Shown here one piece after another: positions 39,753 to 53,066 of a stretch of DNA of 64,000 nucleotides. The DNA comes from Lama guanicoe (taxonomy: Eukaryota): positions 929,753 to 993,752 of the forward strand of contig MU057349.1 of the NCBI GenBank assembly GCA_013239625.1, given 5' to 3'. Below the pieces are notes generated by a model. That model saw only the letters and a program-made list of their open reading frames with translations, searched no databases and was not told where the DNA came from. The position numbers and the translations under genes are program-made. Within the stretch, counting starts at the first letter, position 1. Every line of letters starts with the position of its first letter.

Positions 39753-42700
39753 CTTGAGCATAGCTTTACCATTCTGTTCAACAAATACATCTCCCGAGTT
39801 TACTGTGTGTAGGACACTGTATGACACATTGCAAGCCTTGAACACGGAAATCTGGGAAAATAAATTCATTGCTTTTCCCTCTTCAGTCTCAGCTCCTTAA
39901 CATCTCTCCCATCTGCCCTTTGCCTTTCCCAGTGCTGTTACTTCAGTTTAAAGTACATCATCTCCGGCCTTGATGATAGCTGCATTGTCCTGTGTGTCAT
40001 TGCTGCCTCCAGTCTTGTTCACTTCCAACCCTTCCATCCTTCTAAACAGAAATCTGATCATTTCACTGGCCTGCTTCAAAGTCTTCAGTGCCTTCCCGTT
40101 GCTCTTATGATTAAAAAAATTCCAAAGCCTTTAGCCAAACAGCCAAGTTCTTAACTTCTTTAGCCTTATTTCCTACCTTTCTCATCTCCTCCTATGCAGC
40201 AACTCTAGTTAATTTCCTCAAAATGGCAGCTCTTTGCCTGTGTTTTGTCCCTGCTCCCCTGCTTCTTGTCTCCCAGCTGGTTATAGCTCATGTTTCAGGA
40301 CTCAGTAAATACCACCCTGTATATGCAAACCATCCCTGACTCTGGGCTGAGGTGAGTACCCTTCCTGGGTGCAGCCATGGCAGGAGCTCACCCCTACTGT
40401 AGACCTTTAACACTGTTGTATTGAGAATGTCCGTTGACTTGTCCAGCTTTATACTACTATGCTATAAACCACTGGAAGGCAAGGAATGTGTATTACCTAT
40501 AGTGTTACTTCTAGGATCTAGCATGGTGCCATTGAACAGATGAATTAACATTCGTTCATTTATCCAACGAATGTTTATCTAGTGTCCACTCTGTGGGGGG
40601 CACTGTGCCACGTCCTGGAGTGTCAGTGGTGGACAGAAATATACATGGTCCCTGTCCTCACGGAGCTTCTGGTCCCTGAGGGAGAGAGGCATCATTCAGA
40701 GAATGATGCAGAATGTGACATGGCACATGTGTCTGATGCTGTCAAAGAGAGGTGAAGGGGCTTTAAGAGCCTATAAGAGAGAGTTTGACCTAGTCCAGGA
40801 GGTGCTGGGAGTTTCGTGGTGGTGTCACTTACACTGAGACCTCACACCTTAGTGGGACTTAGCTGAGTGAGGCTAGGTGGGTAGGGTGCTCGAGAAGGGC
40901 ACCGGAATCCCTGTGTATGACCGGCTTTATAAGAGGAGATAACCTGGCAAGAATGAATGACTGAAGTAACCCATTGTGGCTGCTGGGAGAGAGAGTCAGA
41001 GTTGAGTCTGGTGAGGGGACTGTGCAGAGGCAAACCAGGCAAGGCTGTCAGGTCTTACTGATGATTTTCCCTTCTTTATAAAGAGCATCAAGCAGTCTTA
41101 GCATGGCTGAGGGAAAGGAAGACTTTTTGAAGACAGTAATGTCAAGAGGCGCCGAGTAATTATGTGTCTATAATTACGATTATTTTGTTCCAGAACTTTT
41201 ATTTATTCCGGTGGTTTTGTGGCTACCTTTGTATATACTTTCTAAAATCCTCACTCTACCCTCTTTGGTATCATGCAGCCCCTTTTTTGCTAGTCTCTAG
41301 GATATCTAGCTCAAATTCATTTTACTTGAAATAGTTTAAGAAAGCATGGAGACAGCTCAGGGTAGCAGGAATGATTTTTTTCTGCAACCACTATTCTTTT
41401 GACTTGTTGATCTGGCCAGTTTACACATACTTAGGTTATTGCAGTTTCCTTGGTGACAAGATTTGGGGATCCTGCCCATCAGTTACCTTGTTGGTACCTC
41501 TACTGTGGTCTTGAGTGATTTAGTCTAAGTAGGTCTGGAAACTGTGTGGCATTTCCAGATACTGTCCACCTCCCCACTTGTCCCCCAAATGGGTCACATT
41601 TCTACCAATTAACAAGTCAAGTTTTAGTTTTTATGTAGCTAATTGAGAGTTTGTAGTTGCCATTCAGAAGACTGTACACGTACTATTTGTACTAATTTAC
41701 TTTTTAATGAACATTAACTATGCACTGACCACACGTCATGCACTCTGCTTAGGTATTCAGGATACAGTCCAGTTCCTCATGTTACCTATAGTCTAATGTC
41801 AAAGACAGATAAATACATCTACAACTTTAAACCAGTGTGATGAGTGCTGTATTAGAGGAATGTGTAAAGTGACAGACAGGGAAACATAAAGGAGACCTCA
41901 CCTACCTGAGACTCACCTATCTCACCTGGACCAAGGAAGGAAAAACTACCAGAAAAAAAAAATGAAGGCTGATTTAAGTCTTAAGGAAGAGTAGGATGGA
42001 GCCAAGGGAAAAAGAAGGAAGAGTAGAGGTTATTCCAGGTAGGGGGTGCTATATGGGCAAAGACACAAAAGGCATTAGTGACTAAGACACATTCAGGGAA
42101 TTGCATGTGGTTGAAAATGGATGTAACATAGGATCCAGGCAGGGAAGAGGTCGAAGATGAGACTGCAGATGTGAACAGAGGCCAGATCGTGAATGGCCTA
42201 CACATCCACAGGCAGGAGTGAGCACATCCTGTAGGTTTCACCTTAATGTGTAGCTGGAGTCACCCACTTCCTGCCGTCTTCACTGGTACCACTCTGGTTC
42301 TAACCATCACAATCTCTTGCATGGATCATGGCAGCAACCTCCCAGCTGGTCTCACTGTTCTCTTCAGTCCGTTCCTACCACAGCAGCCATAGTGTTTAGA
42401 ACTAAGCAAATCATGTCATTCTTCCGTTTGAAACCCTCCAGTGGCTTCCCACTATACTCAGAATACAGGCCCAAGTTCTTACAGCTCTCCGTAGTGCTTA
42501 TTACTATTTTAGACACTGTGTAGTTTACTTATTTATGTTGTTCATTGTTGTCTCCCTCAGTAGAATAGAAATTCCACGAGCACAGGAATCTGTCTGTTAT
42601 GTCTGCAAATGTGTCACCACCACCTAAGCCTGTACCTGTTAACAGGTCGGCAGTCAGAATTTGTTGAAAGAATGAATGACTGAGACCTCAGATACATCAT

Positions 42701-44036
42701 GATATTCACCTCATTAGTCACTCCTGAACAGGTGATCTCAGCCCCTCTTCCCCTTTGCCCTCCTTTCCCCTGCCTTAACCCACTCCCAGTTCAAACCCTT
42801 GTTCCTTCAAACCATCTGTACTGAAATGAACTGGTTTTATGAATATATATTAGCCCATTTGTCTTTTAAGGAGATATACGCTCTTAGTCAAACCTGGACT
42901 GAGTAAAAATACACTTTTCTTTCTTGTGTCAGCTCCCCTTGCCTGTGATGAGTTCTCCGAGAACATGATTAGACCCATGTATGCGAGCCACGGGTGGAAT
43001 TCTGGCGTGTCAGTGAGAAGAGAGCACTGCCTGAGGAACTGTAACAGGATCTGAATGATAGCAGTCACTCGGCTCCTAGTGTAAAGCCCGTTCTGACTTT
43101 AAAGCCGACCTCTCCATCCCCCAGATTGGTCCCACGCTGGCTCTGGGCTCTGCTGCTCCCATGCTGTGAAAATGGACTGCTCTGTTTTCTGAGACTCCAT
43201 AGGGGTGTTAGGCATTGGATTTCTTCATAAACAGAGCAGCGAAATAGAACCATAGAACAACATTATGGATACATTGAACGATATTTATTTAGTGAGTAAA
43301 AGAGCTGGACCTTTGGTTACCTTGTCTGCTCTTCCAGTCAGTAAATGTTATTGTGAGCATCCCTCAATGTTTGAAATCAGCCTCTTCTCATTAAGGGAGT
43401 ATAATTACCTTGATAATCATGTTTAATAGATTGTTAAACGATTATTTGCATATACCATGAAAGATAAGAAGCCGTGTTCTGTGTACTTTCTTAAGGTTGC
43501 TGTCAGATTGTTCGTCTGCGTGTACTGAATCCAGCCTAGGTGAACAGCAAACTGCTGAACAGTCACACAGAGAAGGCATAGTTTTTAAGGTGTTTATTGT
43601 GCTTCTGTTAAAAACAACTAAACGCTCTGGCTACTATCACCATTTACTGAGCTCCAGCACCACCATTTAAGTTCACACAGGATACTTTCCCTCAGTTACT
43701 GTATTGAATGGTCTCAGTAACTCTTCAGGGTAGCTATATCTCCACGGTTCCGATCACATGACTGGACACAGAGAGGATAAGTAACAATAAACAAATTATG
43801 AGCTGAGACTTACATCAGGCTGGAGGAGATGTCATGTGGTTGCTTTGTATTGAATTGTCAGAGGGACATTATGAAGAAGGGGAAGTTTCCTCATTCAAGG
43901 AGCTAACCTTCTAATAGTTATGTTTATCATGCAAAGTGAGTTGATTTCTTGCAATGATCTTAACTCCCATCTGGACATATGACTGGAGAGCAACCTGAGT
44001 ACTCTCTCCACATGGTTTTGTTACCTCTTGCTGCAG

Positions 44037-44215
44037 AAAGGAGCTGGGTATCACCTGGATCTCTTTTGGGTGGCCATCCTCATGGTGGTGTGCTCCTTCA
44101 TGGCTCTTCCGTGGTATGTGGCTGCCACTGTCATCTCCATCGCTCACATCGACAGCTTGAAGATGGAGACGGAGACTTCAGCACCTGGAGAACAACCGAA
44201 GTTTCTCGGAGTGAG
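44037..44215 (+). CDS. SLC4A4: SLC4A4 exon ~19 (179 nt): [59 protein letters not shown](R)
   Basis: Acceptor ttgctgcag|AAA, donor GTGAG|gtaggt. 59 codons plus 2 nt. ORF 44028-44219. Confidence 0.97.
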
Positions 44216-45362
44216 GTAGGTTAAGTCAGAGGAAGATGGCTCCACAGAACACATTATGCACACATCTGCACATGGTTCAGCAGGAAGTGGGCAGGCATGA
44301 AGGAGAAAGGGCTGGTGATAAATGATTTCTTCCTGCACTTGCTCTTCTAGAGAGGACTGAGTTTTCGTTAGAAAGAGGGGCTTCAGTAATTTCTTGAGTT
44401 CCCTTCTTACATCACATACATCTCCTTTGATTAACAGAAGGCTAAAAGATGCAAAGTGAAAACACAAACAGATCATTCATTTTCTTCAGTATGCAGGGCA
44501 TTTTGGTGCTATGGTATACACTCTGTCACCATCATATATAAAAGCCAAACCCTTTAATTTTTCAGCTCTATTGAGACTTTCTTGAGTCTGCTTATGACTT
44601 TCAAGATTCCATGAAAGGAAAGCAAGTCTGATTTTCCAGTTCATTTTCTGTCCCGTAGCACTGAGAAAGCTTGACCTCCAGCTGTTAAATCTGGGAAGCC
44701 CTGAAAGGCTCTTAAGAGACCTTTATACTCTGTTGTGTATGTTTTGCAGCAAATTCTGCTCCTCAGTGCTCGGGTGAATAGCTCACACGACAGAGCCTTC
44801 ATTTCCCACGCCACAACACTGGGTGATTCTTTCTTGGGGGCTGGGGAGAAGGGTGTTGTATGGGAATCATTTTTGTTAAAAAGTACTTTTGTTGTTGCAG
44901 ATTTGGAAATTAGACTGATAGGATTTATTGCACTTACGAAATTTTTCTGAGCTGTTTTGTTAATTAGCATGTGGGACAGTGTAATCACCGTCTCCCATGA
45001 AAGAAGGTGTAATTACACAACAGTACAAGTTGTTTAAAAATAAGTGCTTTACATAGGCCAGTAATTGATGGACCCAGAGCAAGTGATGTTTTCTCTCTTA
45101 ATTCTAAAAGGACAGAGGATTTAGCAGAATCACTTTTTACTTGATGAATTCAAATCACATACTGCAATAATGTTAAGAGAATTTTATAGTTCTGTTAGGC
45201 CTATATGCTGTCCTTGAGGTATTAATTACATATATGTCCATACCTTTGCTGTTTTAGCCAAGCCTTGATTTGGTCAACGTATAGTCTTTTTTGAAGGTGA
45301 AAAGACAAGAGCGTGTTTATGAAAACAACAGGTAGAACGGTCATCTTTTGATTTTGTTTCAG

Positions 45363-45435
45363 GGAACAAAGAGTCACTGGAACCCTTGTGTTTATTCTGA
45401 CTGGTCTGTCAGTTTTTATGGCTCCCATCTTGAAG
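45363..45435 (+). CDS. SLC4A4: SLC4A4 exon ~20 (73 nt): (R)[24 protein letters not shown]
   Basis: Acceptor ttttgtttcag|G, donor AAG|gtaaat. 1 nt plus 24 codons, completing the split Arg codon. Confidence 0.97.
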
Positions 45436-45632
45436 GTAAATATGTGAAATACTCATCTCTTTTTCCTTCTCAGAGCACTGACAGATAATTGGATGTGTGA
45501 AGAGCAGAATTCCTTAAGAACTATCTGAGATTCTTAACCACTTCCATAACACACTATATGAAGCAGGAGTTTGGTAGAATGAAGGCTTTTAAAAAATGTG
45601 TCTTCATTTCCTTCTTATTCCTTCACCCCTTC

Positions 45633-45711
45633 TATTATTATTACTATTACTATTATTAGTAGTATCGTTATTTTTATTACTACTACTACTACTACTACTA
45701 CTACTATTATT
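45633..45711. repeat. (ATT/ACT)n trinucleotide microsatellite
   Basis: Seen directly; about 200 nt downstream of exon ~20. Confidence 0.9.
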
Positions 45712-48700
45712 GCAGTTATTTGGTTGAACCATATTAAATTACCAGTATTCCAATTTTTTGACCTATGCATATGGCTGTTTCATACAGTTCAATATCACTT
45801 TCCACTACCTTTTTTGCTCTCCTTGTCTCCCTACATCCTTTTTTCCCATCACTTCGCATTTACCTGTCCCTGCATCCTGTCCTCGGTCCCCACATTAGAC
45901 TCCTGGATAATGCGAATGACTCAGGGCAATCATTTTGTCATTGTTCTGTTATTCTTAAGTATTGTTGACTGTGTTTCTCTCTTCTTTGCATCAGAAGGCC
46001 TCATGTTCACAGAGAGAAGAGAGTGAAATTACTGACTTAGAACTAGAAAACTTTAGAAATGAACTTTTGAAGAAGAAAAATGATAGATCATTTAGAAAGT
46101 TAGGAGTCAATATATAGGTTTGATTGAGGGGGTGAATATCTGTTTAATAGATAAATATAAACCATATGTGAAAGCCTATTGAGAAGTAGAGATAGGACTA
46201 AAAAAGGTTAATGTCTATCTGCCATGAAGCTTCCAATTTTCTCTTGTGGCAAATGTTTTATTATTTTTTCTGATATAAACAATACTAGCCAATTATTGAT
46301 AATTTGTATCTTCTGCTTTGCCCCATGGTACAAAGCATGAATCACATACAGACCTAACAGCTATAAACAACAAGTGTTAGCAATATCCTTCCAAATTTTT
46401 CTCTGAAAATGTTTGTGTATTTTTAAACTATTCTAATTTTTGAGAAGATTTTCAAAATGCTTGTTTAGTTACACAAGTAATGGAGCAGTACATTCTTGGA
46501 AAAAATTCAAACAATGCGAAAAATACAGTGAAAGGCAAAAGCCCTTCATTTCTTTTCAGTTAACACATTTATATGTCAATTGCCAGTCAGATGAATTTGT
46601 GGAAAGTAGAGGTGTAATTTCTCAACTTCTAGCTAGGACTGACTTTGCCTTAAGAGTACACGTTATGCACAAAAGACTTTGTAAACAGTTAAAAGATTTA
46701 AATGTTCAGCTTCTGTCCTTACTTTCCACAATGCCAATTCACTGGTTTAATTAATTTCTGACCAGAATTATGAAAAAATATGCACCTCATGTAACACATA
46801 GGGAAGTAAAATGAAAAGTTACTGCTGGAATTTGTCTCTGGTTCATACAGAGGACCTTAAAAAGGAATAGATCGTATGTTCTGTGGGGACAGAGGGAAAT
46901 CTATTGTCACTTTTGCCAGTGCAGAGCAAGTTGTAGGGTAGGTTTAAAATTGTTGTGAATTTCATAGCATCAGATCCCCTGCCAAAATGCTCTCTGTTCC
47001 TCTGTTGCCTCATAGACACCAGCCCATCAGCTGGTGGAAAAGTCTGATGACAGCTTTTGACAGCGTACGCAATGGGACCTCGTCTGGACAGATCAACTTT
47101 TAGAGAGGTCATTGTAGGTAATCATGACCTCACGTTGTGAGAGGCTCTACTAGGAAGGAATTTGCCCCTGGGACCCCTGAAGGTGGACTCACACGACACA
47201 ACTGCAGGGTTTCTTTTACAGGATCTCTTAGTGCGGAGCCACTAGTAAGGGATACATAGAAATCTCCCCATCAGTTCACATGTACTCATCACCATCCACC
47301 TTTTTTTCCCTTTTATTATTGTATTATTTTCTTTTCACTAGTACAGTATAAAATCCTAATTCAAAAAAGCCAGATATGTTTAAAAATTCTTTTTTTCTTG
47401 GTTTGTTACAGCAAGTTGGCTTTAATCTTGGAGAATCTGTCAGCTGAGTAATCTTGCGTGATTCCAAAGGGACACAGAGAACAGCCACTGTATAAACTGC
47501 TATTTTTAGGAAGAGAGGCAAGGCCTCTTCCCAACTCTTTTCTCACCCAAATATGGCTGCAGAGGAGTTAAAGCTGAAAGCACTTTTGTTCTTCATTTTA
47601 CAGGGATTCTTTTTGCTCCGATATACAAAGCTCGTTAGTATCTACAGGAACAGACTACAATACAGAGAAAGGAGAGAGACAGTTGTAAGGGATCAGTGAG
47701 CGTGAGCTTGCTTTTCCTTTGACCTTCCTTAAGTTGTCATGTGCTGGCCCTCATCACTCAGTTACCGGGGTCCATAATTGTGCCTGTTTCCACCTGGCAG
47801 CTTTGGGTCAGTGCAGAAAGTCAGTGTGCATCGTAAGAAGCAGTGAAAAGGGGCGTTTGGCAGATATTTTTGCTAGGCAAGGTTTTGCCCCAAATGTAGG
47901 AAATGAAATTGCTTTGTTAATGTAGTTTCCAACGTATTGTGGGAAATGTAGATTTGAAAGCAACAAGGATGAAGCAGTCTAGCATTGACGATTGTTGTTC
48001 CTTGCTTCGGTGAGTGAGGCTGTTCCTAGCTTTAGGAATCATATCTGAGAAAGTCAGCCAGTTTGAGACCATGTGCCCTTCTTAGCATGGAACTTGGTAT
48101 TCACTAATGAACTTGGGTGATGTGCATTCACTGCAGAACCCTTGTTAGCTCATTTGAAAAGTCAGAACAGGAAGAAGCAGATGTTGAGGGTACAGTTTAA
48201 TGAAAACCTAAGTCACAACTGAGCTAAAGTCAAGATTAACAGTTAATCTCAGAATTCGCACGGAAAGTGGTGTCAGCAGTTACCTTGGAGGCGGGAACTT
48301 TGTTCCCTCCACTCTGTGACTATGTGTGTTTTAAAGAAACAGATGACACCTTTTGGGAATAGCTTTACTATAAAGAGCTACCTTTGAAAGACAGATCAAA
48401 CAAATGGGATCAAGAGAAACGTGTGACTTTTTTAAATGAAACAGTTCAATACCTTCCCTCCCAGCTCCTGCATCCCTCCCCGTTTGGTGGCTTCTGATGA
48501 TGCTAGCTAACTATTTTCTCCCGTGTAATGAGAAGTGCAGATCTTGTTCCCTGTGCCTACTTAGGCAGACTTGCTTTGAACGTGGTGTTTATGACCTCTG
48601 TCTTGGTCTCCCTGCCGAAATCTGTCTTTTTACATGGAAGAACGTAAGGAATTATGATGTACTAGTTTCAAGTTCAGGAGGATACCCCTCGACCTTGGCC

Positions 48701-49184
48701 AGCGACAGTCAGGCATGCCTCAGATCTCACCGTTGATTCAGTACAGCCCTGTTGGGAAGCGGGTCTAGCTGGTTTCCCAGCCTGGCTCAACAGTTTAGAT
48801 CTGTGTTTCTGCAGTGGAAACATTGCCTGTTAAGCTAGTGTTCTGTATGGGGGGACTCAGGGAAACTAAAGGGCAGCAAAAAAGATGAAAGGCAGTTCCT
48901 GGAGCTTGCTTTTTCCATTCTTCTGGCAAGCCTAAAGAAACAAAGATCAAGAAGAATTCACTGCCACGTCTGTTGCCTCTGCTTGAGTTAGTTTATCTTT
49001 AACATCAGGAATGGCCAACATTTATCTTTCAGATTTGTTCAGTGTTCTGAAATGTGGAAGATAGCCTTTAATTTGTAAATTTGACAAATGTTTCTTGAGC
49101 TCCGGCTGTATGCCACCCCCTCTGGTCAGTAACAGGGAAACAAGGAGACATGGTAATGAAGGTGATGATGGTGATGAAAATGAT

Positions 49185-49420
49185 GGAACAGTAGCTCCTA
49201 TTTATTGAGCTTGGCATTGGACCAAAAGCTTTACACGGATTTTTAAAATTTAGTACTCCAAAAACACCTACAAAAACATACTTATGATTAATACCTATTT
49301 TACAGATAAAAAAAATCGATGAGTAACTTGCCAGGTTATAGAGTTCTTAAATGGTTGAGCCAAGATTCGAACCCAGGCAGTTCTGACCCCAAAGCCTGAT
49401 CTCATAGCCATCGTGGTTTA
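49185..49420. mobile_element. MIR
   Basis: cctattttacagataaaaaaaatcgatgagtaacttgcc...ccaagattcgaacccaggcag. Confidence 0.7.
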
Positions 49421-49859
49421 CCACCTTTTAGAATAAAAGAGCATTTGCCCTTAATGAACTTAATCACTTTTATTTCCCATGTGATGATCTCCCCCAGCTT
49501 CTTTGATCTAATATCCAGTTCTCTTACGTAGCGAGAAATATGGTATTTTCACAAACTCATCATACCTTGATGAGCTCCACAGTTTCTTCAACAAGTAGGG
49601 ACCAGATTGCAAGTCAGCAGCTTCCCGGTGCTGATTTTTATGGCTTAAGGGCTTTAGACTATTATTCTCATAGTTGAAAGGGCAATATTGTAGAGCCTAA
49701 ATAAAACTAAGCCTTCAGGTATGACCTTTGTAGCACCCTCCTGGCCTTAACTGGCCCCCCCCAACCCCCCCCCCACAGAGGGGCCAGAGAAAGTTGTGCT
49801 GTTCACCTGTAGTCTTCTTGACTTGCCTGCCACTAGAGGTCCTGATGATAATAATGACA

Positions 49860-50065
49860 TCAGTGCTGCACCATTTATCATTGAGTGGATATCTTTTATG
49901 AGCCAGGCCCTGAACTGAGTGCTTGTGCCCTGTAATCTTTGTCATAAGCACTATGAGAAGACTGAAGGTAGGGGAAGTCGATATTTCCTTTGGGCTCCAC
50001 AATGTGCAGAACCACAGTTGGAACCCAGGTCTGTCTAACTTCTATGCCCATGCTCTTAATCAGGA
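49860..50065. mobile_element. MIR
   Basis: catttatcattgagtggatatcttttatgagccaggccctg...ggaacccaggtctgtctaact. Confidence 0.6.
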
Positions 50066-50506
50066 CCTCATTCTGTGTTTTATATGCACAGACACACACA
50101 CACACACAGAAACACACAGACACACATTGACTGTGATTCTACTGGAAGACCTCACTCTGGTGGACAACTACAGTCTACCTTTTTTAGGTTAAATTTACCC
50201 TTCTTACACTTTTCTTCTATGAGGATATTCTAACACTATCAGAAAACCAAAGGGAGGGATTAAGTGGAAAAAGAAGGGAACTATATTCACCAGAATTTGA
50301 AAAATTTGGTAACATAGTTTGAATATTTAAATCTTCAATGACCTCAATTTCGTGATTCTATCTGGTTGCAGGATCAAGCACTTAATTTTTTTCATTTTTA
50401 ATGTTTATTAAAAGCATTGCAATATTTATAATTATGCTTTTTGGCTTTCTGGGTACATTGGATTACTTAAATAATTTTTGCATAATTTTGTCATTTGGCA
50501 ATTCTT

Positions 50507-50629
50507 CATTTATTTTTTATTTTTATTTTTTAATTGAGGTATAGTCAGTTTACAATGTGGTGTCCGTTTCTGGTATACGGCACAATGCTTCAGTCATACG
50601 TGAACAGACATATATTCATTTTCATGTTC
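50507..50629 (-). mobile_element. Very short L1 3' end
   Basis: tttaattgaggtatagtcagtttacaatgtggtg. TSD tcattt(g/t)gcaattctt at 50491-50506 and 50630-50645. Confidence 0.85.
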
Positions 50630-52997
50630 TCATTTTGCAATTCTTGATAAGCCTATGTACCTAGTATACCTTGTGCTTTTTATGCTTTCAATTCTCCTGC
50701 CTGGCTTCATAAAAATGTCTACCTGCCGTTACTATGTATATTATCCTAGTTTAACTTAAAATGGGATCCTGTGTTTTTAAAATATATTCTTCTTCCTTTG
50801 GGAAAATTTCTGTTATGATGAATTTTTAAGGATTGACCTGATATGACTCCTGAATGAAATCCAATAAAAAATATCCTCTAATTCAGTAATTCTGTTGCAT
50901 TTCATCCAGATTTCCAAACTGGAAGATTTTTTATTGAGACACTATACTATCATAAAGAAGAGGGTGAATTTCATAAGACATTTGTATGAGATTGAAATTG
51001 GCTAAAAATCAAGTGAATAGCCTTCTTTTATATGTACTCTTTTTGCCAAAGAATAACTTTTTAAAAACATTAACATATCTGCAGTTCTTTTCCCACCCAT
51101 ACCCCATTCCTGGGTAATGCTGCCGTCTGGTTTTATTTTGTGGTCAATTTGGCAATATCTGTCATCATAAGCTCAGAGAGAACAGAGCTAGGCAGCAAGG
51201 CACAGGATGCCATCACTCTGGCATTAGAACTACAGTAGAGAAAACATTATCTAAGCTTAGGTGAGGGGTGGGGCTAAGGACCAGGATCATTTTTGTGATT
51301 ACTGTCTTTCAAGACAGAAAAACACTTTACTCAGATTGAAGAGTAACTACTGTGCGATTTCTAACTAGTTTTCCCTGAACTACACTTCTTTTTTCACCTT
51401 CCACATTTTCATGTCTTCCCAAGAAATTAGAAATGAAATAAGAAATCATCATAGAGTAAGGAAACATGGAAGTTGCCCTGTCTATAGAAGAAACTTTAAA
51501 AATTAAGAAATAAGTAAAAACTGTAAAATGGTCCCTTGGTGAGTTTCATTTTGTACTTTTTGGTAAATTTGTACAGAGGAATCATAAGGAGTGGAAACAT
51601 ACATATTCTAAAGGAAATAAAGTCATGTGTCTGAACTCCAGTGGCTTGAACGTGATGCTTTCGCCTCTTTGTGGTGACCGTTGGGTATCATAGCGCACAC
51701 GGCTTCCTCGCCACTCCCACTGTCCCTCCCACCGCCTTCAGTGTCATTTACATTGGTTCTGAGCTCAAGAGCAAGTTAGAGCTTTGTTAAAATTGTTAGT
51801 CTTTTTTAGAAGCAGTATGTAATGTTTAATATAAATAAGTATATTTATTCCATATAAATTTAACTATTTTATAAGCTAGCCAATAACAGTTGGAGGTGGT
51901 TGTGACACATTTGGGAATTTACTGTTCATCTGGTAGAGCTCAGGGCACTCAGATGCAGAACTGTTTTAGGTGGTCACAAGGAAAGGCTGATAGAAATTGT
52001 GCTTCAGTTTCTTAATACATGTGATAGTTCTTTAAAAATTACTCTAAAGTCATACTGTTTTCTGGCTACAATAGCCTCCTTTGTGTAGATTTGGTAAGAT
52101 TGGACTTAATTGATTGTGGTTTTAGTATTTGAGCTTTGAGAACTCCTGAACTTGAACTTCTTTTCAAAATCCAAGCTTGAGAACCTTTTTTTTTTTTGTC
52201 CAGATAAAAGACTTCCCAGAAACAGAGTCATCCCTGATTTGCTTGGGGTCTGCAGTACTGGGGACATTTCAAAGGTCTAGGAATGGACAAAACTTACCAT
52301 CATCATACTGGAACTTCCCATTGTTGAAACACTTCGCATTAGTGCATAAGACTCTTGCTAATTAACATACGAAAATGTATTAATTCAGTTTTAAAAGATG
52401 TGTATTAATCCATGTGTATAATTAATTGCTTCCAGCTGCTCCAGGCTCCTTTTTAGCAGTGTTCTCATTAGTTAGTCCTCTTAATATTCCCAAGAGGAAG
52501 AAAGGGGACAGTCATTTGGTGGTTACTTAATTGAAAGAGGCATTTATACACCAAGCTGATACATCATTTGGTGAAAATTATTTAGGAAAAAATCAACAGA
52601 CGTTTGGGAAGGAACTTTGGTCTCAAGAGTGAGGCAACCCTCTACCTCTCTTTCTCCCTCCCAGTCCCTGCCAGCAACTGGTTTACATGGTCATTCCTTT
52701 TAAGGGGAAAGGGAAACAAACTTTTCCCATTGAAAAAAAAGTTATTTTTGAGGTCATGCATGCAAATTGTAAAAAAAAAAAAATTTGAAAGTCTCCCTTA
52801 TCCCCCTTTATGTCTTTCTAGTACAAAGGGTTTAGAAGTTTTATCAGTGATGAGTAGAGAACACTAATTGGAGGTCACTGTATTATCAAGTGTATCTTTT
52901 AGTTTGACATTTAGCCTTTATTTAAACTATCCCTCTCTCCTACTGCTCTTATTAATATTGTTTTTAACCTTTCTTCAATTTTTTTTCAATTTCCTAG

Positions 52998-53066
52998 TTT
53001 ATTCCCATGCCTGTACTCTATGGCGTGTTCCTGTATATGGGGGTAGCATCTCTTAATGGTGTGCAG
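52998..53066 (+). CDS. SLC4A4: SLC4A4 exon ~21 (69 nt): [23 protein letters not shown]
   Basis: Acceptor tttcctag|TTT, donor CAG|gtaagt. 23 codons. Confidence 0.97.

Larger units (their letters stand above)
36200..42685. mobile_element. Cluster of L2 fragments in both orientations (interrupted by younger elements)
   Basis: Repeated L2 3' hallmarks (aatatttgttgaatgaatgaat-like ends, aaaaccctccagtggcttccc, cattcatttatccaacgaatgtttat). Boundaries approximate. Confidence 0.7.

Noticed and set aside
45598-46026. 142-aa ORF with poly-Thr/Ile
   Set aside because: Translation of an ATT/ACT microsatellite and pyrimidine-rich intron.
49825-49845. CTCF-like motif gccactagaggtc
   Set aside because: Mismatch in the GGC core; cannot be supported without a PWM scan or ChIP data.
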